From Byssovorax sp. (GTDB taxonomy: Bacteria; Myxococcota_A; Polyangia; Polyangiales; Polyangiaceae), in assembly GCA_036500365.1 (NCBI GenBank), contig DASYCF010000189.1, forward strand, positions 1-27,272: 27,272 nucleotides of DNA, read 5' to 3'. The notes beneath the pieces were generated by a model. It did no database searches and was not told the origin of the DNA. It was given only the letters and a program-made list of their open reading frames with translations. Below are positions 19,879 to 27,272 of the stretch, in pieces; within the stretch, counting starts at the first letter, position 1; every line of letters starts with the position of its first letter. The translations under genes were made by a program, and so were the position numbers.

Positions 19879-20784
19879 TCAGGCGCGCTGCGCCGGGCGC
19901 CCCTCCGCGAGCTTGAAGCCCGCCGACACCTCGCTCGCGAACGACTCGACGAGCCGCCGCGCCGCCGCCCTCGCGTCGGGGATGCCCTTCGCGGCGCGCG
20001 CGAGCACGGCCATCGCCGCTGGCCCCGGCTGGCGCGCCATGGCGCGGTACGCGAGCGATCGGCCGGGGGCGACCGCGATCAGCGCGAGCGTCGACGCCGA
20101 CCACGCGAACTGCGGCGTCGCGCGCGTGGCCGTGGCGATGTCCGTCAGCGGCGAGCGCGTGAGCCAGAGGGCGAGCGCGGCCTCGAACTCGTCCGCCGAG
20201 AGCGCGCCGATGCCCGCCGCCATGCTGCCGAGCGTCACCTTGCGCGAGTCGACCGTCACCTGGCGGAGCGACGGCCACGCGAGCAGGCGCGGCGGGGCCG
20301 GCTGGCCGCGAAAGCGCGCCGAGCCCGTCCACCACGCGACCGTCGAGTCGGTGCGCACGACGTCGAGCGTGCGCGCGAAGGTCGCGTGCCGCGCGAGCGC
20401 CGAGCCCACGTCGCGCGGCGGCGGCACGCGCTCGCACACGGCGACGACGTTCGCGACGAGGCGCCGGTGTCGCCCGCGCGTGAGCGGCCCTGCGAGCTCG
20501 TGGTTCGTCGCCTGCAGCAGGTCGTTGAGCGCGGCGACGAGCGCGAACGACGACGCGTCGACCGGCTTCACGGTGTCGACCGGCGCGAGGAGCCGCGCGC
20601 GGCGGACCCGCGCGACGTCGAGCGCGAGCCGCAGCTCGAGGTTCGCGAGCTCGCGGCCCTTCGCGAACTTGAGCGCGAGCGTCGCGCCGAACGGCCGCGT
20701 GAGGTGCAGCTCACCGCCGAGCACGAGCGGCCCGAGCACGTGCTCCGCGAGCTCTTCGAAGCGCTCCGCGAGCTCGTCGCTCAA
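19879..20784 (-). CDS. Hypothetical protein (301 aa), possibly an FtsH-ternary-system (fvmX-like) component
   Basis: TTG start overlaps the upstream stop (TTGA, 20784-20781); typical codon bias; aromatic/Arg motif ARHATFAR...VAWWTGSARFRGQPAPPRLLAWP. The family resemblance is from recollection only. Confidence 0.6.
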   Translation of the reverse strand: MSDELAERFEELAEHVLGPLVLGGELHLTRPFGATLALKFAKGRELANLELRLALDVARVRRARLLAPVDTVKPVDASSFALVAALNDLLQATNHELAGPLTRGRHRRLVANVVAVCERVPPPRDVGSALARHATFARTLDVVRTDSTVAWWTGSARFRGQPAPPRLLAWPSLRQVTVDSRKVTLGSMAAGIGALSADEFEAALALWLTRSPLTDIATATRATPQFAWSASTLALIAVAPGRSLAYRAMARQPGPAAMAVLARAAKGIPDARAAARRLVESFASEVSAGFKLAEGRPAQRA

Positions 20785-22307
20785 CGACCCGCCCCGCTGT
20801 CGGCCGGCGCGTCGGGCTTGGGCAACGCAGCGGGGCTCGGCAGGTCGCGCATCGGCCGGATGCCGACGCCCTCGAGCATGAGCTCCGAGATCTCGGTCGC
20901 GAGCGCGGCCTCGAGGCCGGTCGACGTCGCGTCGAGCGGCGCCCACGCCTGCGCCTCGAGCAGCGCGGTCTCGAGCGGGACGAACGCGTCGCTCGGGATG
21001 CCGATCGCGCGCCCGTCGCGGCCGATGAAGAGCACGCGCCCAGACGGCGAGCCGAGCGCGCGATAGAGCACCTCGGGCGCGACCGCGGGCACGGCGTCGT
21101 AGCCGGCCGGGATGTAGAGCCCGGCGCGGAGCTCGCGGAAGAACTCGCCCACGGGGATGCCCTCGATGCCCGTCGGGTGCCGGAGGAAGACGCCCTGCGC
21201 GGTGAGCGCGACCTCGGCGCGGCGGAGCGTCTCGGGCCCGAGCGCGTACGCGACCTGGCGGAGGAGCGGCATCTCCTCGGGCCGAATCCAGCTCGCCGTG
21301 ACCGACCGCCACGGCTCCGACGTCGGAAAGAGGCGCAGCGCGAGCGAGACGGACCCCGGCTTGGCGAGCGCCGGCGACCCGCGCGCCGTGGCGACGTCTT
21401 GCCTGAGCTCGACGCGCGCGAACGCCGCGACGTCGCCGAGCGCAGGCAGCTTCGGCAGCTCGAGGACGTCTTGACCGCCGCCGCGAAAGAGCACGAGCCC
21501 TGCCTCGTTGAACACGGGGCACGCGCGGAGGTTCACCGGGTGCCGGTGCCCGGACTCGACCGCCGCGCCCGGCGCCACGGGCAGGAACACGCCGAGGCCC
21601 GGCGTGTGAGAGAGCAGCGGCAGCATGCGCTCCGGCACCTCCGGCACGCGGAACACGTAGCGAACGACGGGCGCGTCGTCGAAGCTCGACGTGGGCGGCC
21701 ACTCGGCGACGCCGACCTCGGCGTCGACCTGCGAGCGCACGAAATAGTGGATCAGCGCAGGCCCGAGCCCGGCCTCGGCGACGATCCAGCGCTGGCCCGG
21801 CTCCCGCGCCGTCGACGGATCGGGGTGCGGCTCGAGCCGCAGGAGGAGCGCGCGGACCTCGATCTTCCGCTCGACGTCGTACACCTGCGAAAAGGCGTTG
21901 TGATAGAGCGCGAGCGCGGCGTCGCTCGCGGTGATCTGCGCGATGTCGTAGCCGAAGGGCGCCGCGGCGTCGCGATACTGGACGAAGTGGCGGCTCGTCC
22001 CCGTGAAGGTGTACCCGCCCGCGAGGCGCGCGACCTCGGCGACGCGATCCATGCGATCGCTGCTCTCGGCGCCGAACGTGAGCGTGACCTCGCGCGCGCC
22101 GAGCTTGGACTTCACGACGTCGACGGACAGCGAGCGCAGGATGTCCGCGAGCGAGCCCTGGCGCGTGTAGAGCGCGAGGAACGCGACCAGGCGGTCGATC
22201 GACGGGAGGAGCACGAGGCCCTTGGCGCCGAGCGCGACGCCCTTCGCCTCGAGGCCGAGGCCGGGCGTGCGGAGCCGCGTCTGATGGACCGCGACTCGAT
22301 CGAGCAT
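20781..22307 (-). CDS. Hypothetical soluble protein (508 aa), possibly an FtsH-ternary-system (fvmX-like) component
   Basis: Balanced globular composition, strong codon bias, coupled to the downstream gene, no signal peptide or TM segment. The CDS is well supported; the function is not. Confidence 0.65.
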   Translation of the reverse strand: MLDRVAVHQTRLRTPGLGLEAKGVALGAKGLVLLPSIDRLVAFLALYTRQGSLADILRSLSVDVVKSKLGAREVTLTFGAESSDRMDRVAEVARLAGGYTFTGTSRHFVQYRDAAAPFGYDIAQITASDAALALYHNAFSQVYDVERKIEVRALLLRLEPHPDPSTAREPGQRWIVAEAGLGPALIHYFVRSQVDAEVGVAEWPPTSSFDDAPVVRYVFRVPEVPERMLPLLSHTPGLGVFLPVAPGAAVESGHRHPVNLRACPVFNEAGLVLFRGGGQDVLELPKLPALGDVAAFARVELRQDVATARGSPALAKPGSVSLALRLFPTSEPWRSVTASWIRPEEMPLLRQVAYALGPETLRRAEVALTAQGVFLRHPTGIEGIPVGEFFRELRAGLYIPAGYDAVPAVAPEVLYRALGSPSGRVLFIGRDGRAIGIPSDAFVPLETALLEAQAWAPLDATSTGLEAALATEISELMLEGVGIRPMRDLPSPAALPKPDAPADSGAGR

Positions 22308-22331
22308 CGGCGCTTGCCCCGCGCGCGCCGG

Positions 22332-22589
22332 CTACTTGTACATCTCGTCGAGGATCTCGTCCTCGCGGCCCTGCTTGATCAGCCGGTCGTGGCGGAACCC
22401 CTCGTCGAGCGAGAGGTAGGTGAAGAACAGGATGATCGGGATCAGGCCGGCGATGGGCATGTTGTCGCCCTTGCCCACGATCGCGAGGATGTACTCCCAC
22501 CCGTCCCAGCTCTTGCTCGACTCGTACCAGACGACCCCGGCGAGGATCGTGGCGAAGATCACGACGAAGAGACCGCGGTGCCGCTGCAT
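22332..22589 (-). CDS. Small 2-TM membrane protein resembling the N-terminal module of cytochrome bc subunit IV-like proteins
   Basis: Non-shadow composition (W, Y, I, F, K rich); motif AIVGKGDNMPIAGLIPIILFFTYLSLDEGFRHDRLIKQG; near-consensus promoter directly upstream. Confidence 0.65.
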   Translation of the reverse strand: MQRHRGLFVVIFATILAGVVWYESSKSWDGWEYILAIVGKGDNMPIAGLIPIILFFTYLSLDEGFRHDRLIKQGREDEILDEMYK

Positions 22590-22595
22590 GCGCGC

Positions 22596-22624
22596 ACCCT
22601 AGAAGCCCGCCCGAGGCCAGTCAA
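22596..22624 (-). promoter_or_regulatory. Sigma70-type promoter giving a leaderless mRNA
   Basis: TTGACT (22624-22619), 17-nt spacer, TAGGGT (22601-22596), 6 nt, then ATG at 22589, so +1 falls on the A of the start codon. No Shine-Dalgarno. Confidence 0.75.
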
Positions 22625-22736
22625 GCCCGTGATCCCCGGAGCATCCGCGGCCGGCGCTGCGTGTCGCACATGAGAGCACCTCGGCGACGTCGCAGTACCT
22701 TGTGGGCGCGTTCGGCGGCACGCGCAACTTCGCGCA

Positions 22737-22766
22737 TTGACCCACAAAACCGCAGCGTGATAGCTC
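22737..22766 (+). promoter_or_regulatory. Possible sigma70-type promoter of the 22830 operon
   Basis: TTGACC at 22737-22742, 18 nt, then TAGCTC preceded by TG(A); AT-richer patch. The -10 element lacks the conserved final T. A strong GGAGG RBS follows at 22818-22822. Confidence 0.3.
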
Positions 22767-22829
22767 TATTCCTCAGGGTGGATTCGGTCGTTCCCTGACC
22801 CCCTCACGCCGCGCCTCGGAGGTTGTCCG

Positions 22830-25160
22830 ATGACCCGTCATTTGCGTCGCGCTCTCGGTGGTCGTGCGTCCCTCGGCGCGCTGCTCGTCGCGATCTCGTT
22901 CGGCGGCCTCGGCGGCTGCTCCTCGGGGACCGACACGGCGAGCACCGACGGCGATGCCAACGGCGCTCAATGCCAGACGACGAAGGACTTCTTCGAGACG
23001 GAGGTCTGGAGCCCGTTCATGGGTCAGGTCTGTTACGACTGCCACGGTCCAGGCGGCAAGGCGCAGCAGCAGAACGCCAAGTTCCTCCTCCAGCCGGCCG
23101 CGTCGCCCGATTTCATCGACCAGAACCTCGCCAACATCAAGACGGTCATCTCGTACGAGTTCAACGGAGTCCCCGAGATCCTCGTCAAGCCCGTCGGCGG
23201 CGCGAACCACGGCGGCGGCGCCGTCATCTCGGCAGACGGTCCCGAGATCCAGGCGCTGACGCAGCTCGTCCAGAAGATCCAGCAGGGGGACGGCGGCTGC
23301 GTCGAGGCGCCGAACTCCACGATCGCCGCCGTGAAGCTCCTCGGCCCGACCGACACGTTCCGCAAGGCGGCGCTCGATCTCGGCGGACGCCTCCCCACGG
23401 CGACGGAGACTGCCGCCATCGCGAAGGGCGGCGACGCGGCGCTCGACACGGCCCTCGACGAGCTGATGACGGAGGACACGTTCCTCCAGCGCCTCCGCGA
23501 GATCTGGGGCGACATCCTCCTCACCGACAAATACTACCTGTCGTACAGCGGCGCCGCGATCGACTCGCTCAACGAGCAGACGATGTACCCGGCGCTCGCT
23601 CCCTACAAGGATCCCAACAACCCGAAGTACATGGATCCGAATCGGCCGCTCATCAACCAGGCCATCGCGCAGGAGCCGCTGAACCTCATCGCCTACATCG
23701 TGAAGAACGAGCTGCCATTCACCGACGTCGCGGCCGCCGACTACACGGTGGTGAACCCGTTCCTCGCGACCGCGTACGGCGTGACGGACGTCCAGTTCAC
23801 GGATCCGACCGATTACAATGAATGGCACCCGGCGCACGTCACCCTCGGGACCGGGACCGCGCTCCCGCACGCGGGCATCCTGTCGACGCCGGTGTTCTTG
23901 AACCGCTGGCAGACGACGCCGACGAACCGCGACCGCGGCCGCGCGCGCCGCGTGCTCCTGTTCCTCCTCGCGACCGACATCCTCCAGATCGCGACGCGGC
24001 CCATCGATCCCACGGCGATCACGCAGGACGACAACCCCACCCTCGACGACCCGCTGTGCACGGTCTGCCACACGATCATCGACCCGCTCGCGGGCGGCTT
24101 CCGCGGATACGACCCGTACGACTACGAGTCGTTCGATCCGGACGTCGCGATCAGCGGCTGGTACACCGACATGGCGCCGACGGGATACGACGGCACGAAC
24201 ATGGATCCGTCGCAGTACGCGACCGCGCTGCCCTGGCTCGCGTCGCAGGTCGCCGCGGACCCGCGCTTCATCACCAACGCGGTGAACGTCATCTACACCG
24301 GATTCACGGGCCGCACGCCGATCCTCTATCCGCAAGACAACACGGATCCGAACTTCGTGTCGAACCTCGCCGCCTGGACGGCGCAGGACGCGTTCCTCAC
24401 CGCGACGGGCCAGGCCTTCACGAAGTCGCACATGAACCTGAAGACGATCGTGAAGGCCGTCGTGAAGAGCGCGTATTACCGCGGCTCCGCGGCGGGCAGC
24501 TCGACCGCGGATCCCGTGCTGCTGACCGACGTGGGCGGCGGCCGCCTGCTCACGCCGGAGATGCTCTCGCGCAAGGTGTCCGCCGTCGTCGGCTTCTCGT
24601 GGCACCCGAACTGGGACGCGACGCACGACTACCTCGCTCAGGACTACCGCATCACGTACGGCGGCATCGACTGCGACTCGGTGACGACGCGCCTCACGAC
24701 GCCGAACGGCATCATGTCCGCCGTGCAGTCGCGCCTGGCGAGCGAGATGGCCTGCCACGCGACGGCGTTCGATTTCACGAAGCCCGCGGCCGATCGCCTG
24801 CTCTTCCCGAACGTCGAGCTCGCCGAGGTGCCCGAGTCCGCCGGCAACACGGTCTCGGGCTCGGTCGACGACATCAAGGCGAACATCGTCTACCTGCACC
24901 AGCAGATCCTCGGAGAGACGCTGAGCACGGACGACCCGGAGGTGCAGCGCACCTATCAGGTCTTCCTCGACACGTGGCACGAGCTCTCCGAGAGCGGCGT
25001 GACCAGCGTGAACTGGGAGTGCGAAGGCCGGTGGGACTGGACCGACGACTCCGATCTGTCGGACGACGTGATCATCAGCGACGACCAGAACTTCACGATG
25101 CGCTCGTGGCAGGCGGTGGTCACCTACCTCCTGTCCGACTACTCGTTCCTCTACCAATAG
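22830..25160 (+). CDS. Large acidic lipoprotein, DUF1588/DUF1592-related, with two CxxCH heme-binding motifs
   Basis: Lipobox GLGGC; CYDCH (23031-23045) in an N-terminal cytochrome-like domain (NHGGG); FRKAALDLGGRLPT; HAGILSTPVFLNRWQTTPTNRDRGRAR; CTVCH (24057-24071) followed by IIDPLA; ends YLLSDYSFLYQ; GGAGG RBS. Confidence 0.82.
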   Translation: MTRHLRRALGGRASLGALLVAISFGGLGGCSSGTDTASTDGDANGAQCQTTKDFFETEVWSPFMGQVCYDCHGPGGKAQQQNAKFLLQPAASPDFIDQNLANIKTVISYEFNGVPEILVKPVGGANHGGGAVISADGPEIQALTQLVQKIQQGDGGCVEAPNSTIAAVKLLGPTDTFRKAALDLGGRLPTATETAAIAKGGDAALDTALDELMTEDTFLQRLREIWGDILLTDKYYLSYSGAAIDSLNEQTMYPALAPYKDPNNPKYMDPNRPLINQAIAQEPLNLIAYIVKNELPFTDVAAADYTVVNPFLATAYGVTDVQFTDPTDYNEWHPAHVTLGTGTALPHAGILSTPVFLNRWQTTPTNRDRGRARRVLLFLLATDILQIATRPIDPTAITQDDNPTLDDPLCTVCHTIIDPLAGGFRGYDPYDYESFDPDVAISGWYTDMAPTGYDGTNMDPSQYATALPWLASQVAADPRFITNAVNVIYTGFTGRTPILYPQDNTDPNFVSNLAAWTAQDAFLTATGQAFTKSHMNLKTIVKAVVKSAYYRGSAAGSSTADPVLLTDVGGGRLLTPEMLSRKVSAVVGFSWHPNWDATHDYLAQDYRITYGGIDCDSVTTRLTTPNGIMSAVQSRLASEMACHATAFDFTKPAADRLLFPNVELAEVPESAGNTVSGSVDDIKANIVYLHQQILGETLSTDDPEVQRTYQVFLDTWHELSESGVTSVNWECEGRWDWTDDSDLSDDVIISDDQNFTMRSWQAVVTYLLSDYSFLYQ

Positions 25161-25199
25161 GCCGACGAACCGAACTCGGAATCGAGGAGCAACAGCGCC

Positions 25200-26546
25200 A
25201 TGGATCGACGCCGCTTCGTTCAGCTCGCAGGTCTCGCAGGTCTCGGCTTCATCGCCCCGGTCGGCCTCAAGGTCAGCCGCGCGGACTCCGGCAAATACGG
25301 GGGTCCGTACTTCATCATGGTCGACGCGAACGGCGGGTGGGATCCGACGTTCTGCTGCGATCCCAAGGGTGGAGACATCGACCGTCCGTACACCGTCGGT
25401 CAGATCGGGACGGCCGGCAACATCCACTACGCGCCGATCTCCGGCGTGACGTCGCAGAGCGAGACCTTCTACACGAACCAGGCGTTCTTCGAGAAGTACT
25501 ACTCCCGCCTCATGATCCTGAACGGCGTCGACACGGAGACGAACAACCACGACAGCGGCACGCGGACCACGTGGTCCGGGCAGCTCGACGAGGGGTATCC
25601 GTCGTTCGGCGCGCTCGCCGCCGCGGTCGCGCTCGAGAAGCTCAACGTGCCGCTCGCGTTCCTCAGCGCCGGCGGGTACGACGCGACCGAGGGCGTCTGT
25701 TCGTTGAGCCGCGTCGGCGATCCCGACGTCGTCGAGAAGCTCGCGTACACGAACACGATCAACCCGGGCGACACGGCGAACGCGACCGAGTACTACAACA
25801 CGCCGACGACCGCGGCGCGCATCGCCGCGGCGCAGGCTGCGCGCCTCCAGGCGAAGCGGGACAAGCAGAGCCTGCCCGCGCCGAAGGCGGCGATGAGCTC
25901 GCTCTTCCTCACGCGGAGCGGGAGCTCGGGGCTCGGCGAGCTCGCGCAGGAGCTCGCCACGACGCCGCTGCTCTCTCCCACCGATCTGCCCGATCTGGCG
26001 CACATCCAGGACACGAACTCGCTCAACGATCTCAAGAGCGTGATTCAGCAGGCGCAGCTCGCCGTGCTCGCCTTCCAGGCCGGCGTCGCCGTGAGCGCGA
26101 ACTTGAACATCACCGGCTTCGACACGCACTCGAACCACGACGCGAATCAATCGCACCAGATGGCGTCGCTGCTGCGTGGGCTCGCGTTCCTGTTCGATCT
26201 CCTCGACTCGACCGGCCTCGCCGACAAGACGTACGTCATCGTGGGATCGGACTTCGGTCGCACGCCGACGTACAACGCAGACGGCGCGGGCGGCGGCAAG
26301 GACCACTGGAACATCACGAGCATGATGCTCGCGGGACCCACCGTGCAGGGCAACCTCGTGATCGGCGGCACGGACTCCGCCCAGGTGTCCACGACCGTCA
26401 ACGAGCAGCTCCAACCGGACTCGGGCGGCTTCCGCGTGACGACGCCGCTCATCCACGTCGCGCTGCGAAAGCTCGCGGGCGTGACCGGGACGGCCAACGA
26501 TCTCGCCTTCCCGCTCGCGGGCGACGTGCTGCCGTTCTTCGGCTGA
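25200..26546 (+). CDS. DUF1501 domain protein with twin-arginine (Tat) signal peptide
   Basis: MDRRRFVQLAGLAG; GGWDP; GFDTHSNH; VGSDFGRTP; GKDHW; GAGGAG RBS; typical partner position downstream of a DUF1588-type lipoprotein. Confidence 0.88.
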   Translation: MDRRRFVQLAGLAGLGFIAPVGLKVSRADSGKYGGPYFIMVDANGGWDPTFCCDPKGGDIDRPYTVGQIGTAGNIHYAPISGVTSQSETFYTNQAFFEKYYSRLMILNGVDTETNNHDSGTRTTWSGQLDEGYPSFGALAAAVALEKLNVPLAFLSAGGYDATEGVCSLSRVGDPDVVEKLAYTNTINPGDTANATEYYNTPTTAARIAAAQAARLQAKRDKQSLPAPKAAMSSLFLTRSGSSGLGELAQELATTPLLSPTDLPDLAHIQDTNSLNDLKSVIQQAQLAVLAFQAGVAVSANLNITGFDTHSNHDANQSHQMASLLRGLAFLFDLLDSTGLADKTYVIVGSDFGRTPTYNADGAGGGKDHWNITSMMLAGPTVQGNLVIGGTDSAQVSTTVNEQLQPDSGGFRVTTPLIHVALRKLAGVTGTANDLAFPLAGDVLPFFG

Positions 26547-26547
26547 A

Positions 26548-26576
26548 GCGCCGGGTCACGCTGGAAGGCCCGGCGC
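26548..26576 (+). terminator. GC-rich hairpin after the DUF1501 stop (GCGCCGGG...CCCGGCGC)
   Basis: 8-bp perfect arms at 26548-26555 and 26569-26576, extendable by 2 pairs; no U-tract. Confidence 0.35.
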
Positions 26577-26643
26577 GACGAGCGTACGCTGGCCTCGTGG
26601 TGGCACGCTCGCATGACTTGGTCTTCGAGGGACGGGCGATGGA

Positions 26644-27272
26644 ATGGACGCGCTGAGCGAGCCGCTCCTCGCCGGTCGATTCCGGCTCGAGCGCGAGGTC
26701 GGACGCGGCGGGGCCGGCATCGTCTATCGAGCGTCCGACGCGCTGAGCAAGCTCGACGTCGCGATCAAGATCATCGCCTCGATCGGAGGCGTCGACGCCG
26801 TCGAGCACTCGCGGTTCACCCGCGAAGGCCAGCTCCTCGCCGAGCTCGATCACCCCGGCATCGTCCGCGTCGTCGCGTTCGGCGCCCTCGACGCCCAGTA
26901 CACCGACAAGCTGGGCAGGCGCCTCGAAGAAGGCGCCCCCTACATCGCGATGGAGTGGCTCGAGGGCGAGGACCTCCAGGCGCGCCAGCGCCGCGCCCCG
27001 CTCGGCCTGCCCGACGCGCTGGAGGTCGGCCGCCAGGTCGCCGCGGCGCTCGCCGCCGCGCACCAGGCGGGCATCGTGCATCGCGACATCAAGCCGTCGA
27101 ACATCTTCCTCATCGGCGCCGGCGCCGTGAGCGATCCGCCGACGTCCGGCGTGACGACGCACCGCCCCGCCGGCGCGGCGGACATCCGCACGAAGCTGGT
27201 CGATTTCGGCGTGGCAGCGACGAACGACGTGCGCCTCACGCGGACGGGCGCCGTCGTCGGAACGCCCGCGTA
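26644..27272 (+). CDS. Hanks-type Ser/Thr protein kinase, 5' part (runs off the window; absent from the ORF track)
   Basis: My translation from ATG 26644: MDALSEPLLAGRFRLEREVGRGGAGIVYRA...VAIK...RFTREG...LDHPGIVRV...PYIAMEWLEG...GIVHRDIKPSNIFL...KLVDFG...GTPA. Confidence 0.95.
   Translation, partial: MDALSEPLLAGRFRLEREVGRGGAGIVYRASDALSKLDVAIKIIASIGGVDAVEHSRFTREGQLLAELDHPGIVRVVAFGALDAQYTDKLGRRLEEGAPYIAMEWLEGEDLQARQRRAPLGLPDALEVGRQVAAALAAAHQAGIVHRDIKPSNIFLIGAGAVSDPPTSGVTTHRPAGAADIRTKLVDFGVAATNDVRLTRTGAVVGTPA

Noticed and set aside
20785-22500. Upstream extension of the 19879..22500 ORF, raising the idea of a programmed frameshift fusion of the two unknown genes
   Set aside because: The extension is Arg/Ala/Pro-rich off-frame sequence, no slippery site was seen, and the TTGA overlap is explained by ordinary translational coupling.
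22773-26456. 1227-aa minus-strand ORF
   Set aside because: Antisense shadow of the two real plus-strand genes. It is Arg/Val/Gly-rich with no motifs, and long stop-free antisense frames are expected with strong GC3 bias.
26590-26612. GG-N10-GC arrangements and a TGGCACG upstream of the kinase
   Set aside because: The TGGCACG has no correctly spaced GC, and the correctly spaced pairs lack TTGC. Such matches are expected by chance at this GC content.

Overview
Very GC-rich, gene-dense chromosomal segment. The gene content (three sigma54 enhancer-binding-type proteins, a Hanks-type Ser/Thr kinase, DUF1592/DUF1501 lipoproteins, Gly-rich-tailed lipoproteins) suggests a myxobacterium, probably Polyangiaceae-like; this is an inference. 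I read 20 real CDSs. Most long ORFs in the supplied track are shadow frames or have over-extended starts. Left part (1-8700): an NtrC-type regulator, an SGNH-like protein, and a split MacAB-type ABC exporter transcribed divergently from a histidine kinase plus sigma54 response regulator. Back-to-back -24/-12 promoter candidates lie between exporter and kinase. Middle (8700-14100): an AcpH-like protein, alpha-glucan phosphorylase and an L,D-transpeptidase. Right part (14100-27272) is the most unusual. It holds three lipoproteins with c-type heme-like motifs, one translationally coupled to an outer-membrane beta-barrel. It also holds a polytopic membrane protein with a catalytically dead sigma54-activator domain, a leaderless three-gene operon (a small cytochrome-bc-subunit-like membrane protein plus two unknown proteins resembling ternary conflict-system components), a Tat-exported DUF1501 protein, and the 5' part of a Ser/Thr kinase missing from the ORF track. 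No tRNA, rRNA, CRISPR array or mobile element was seen.
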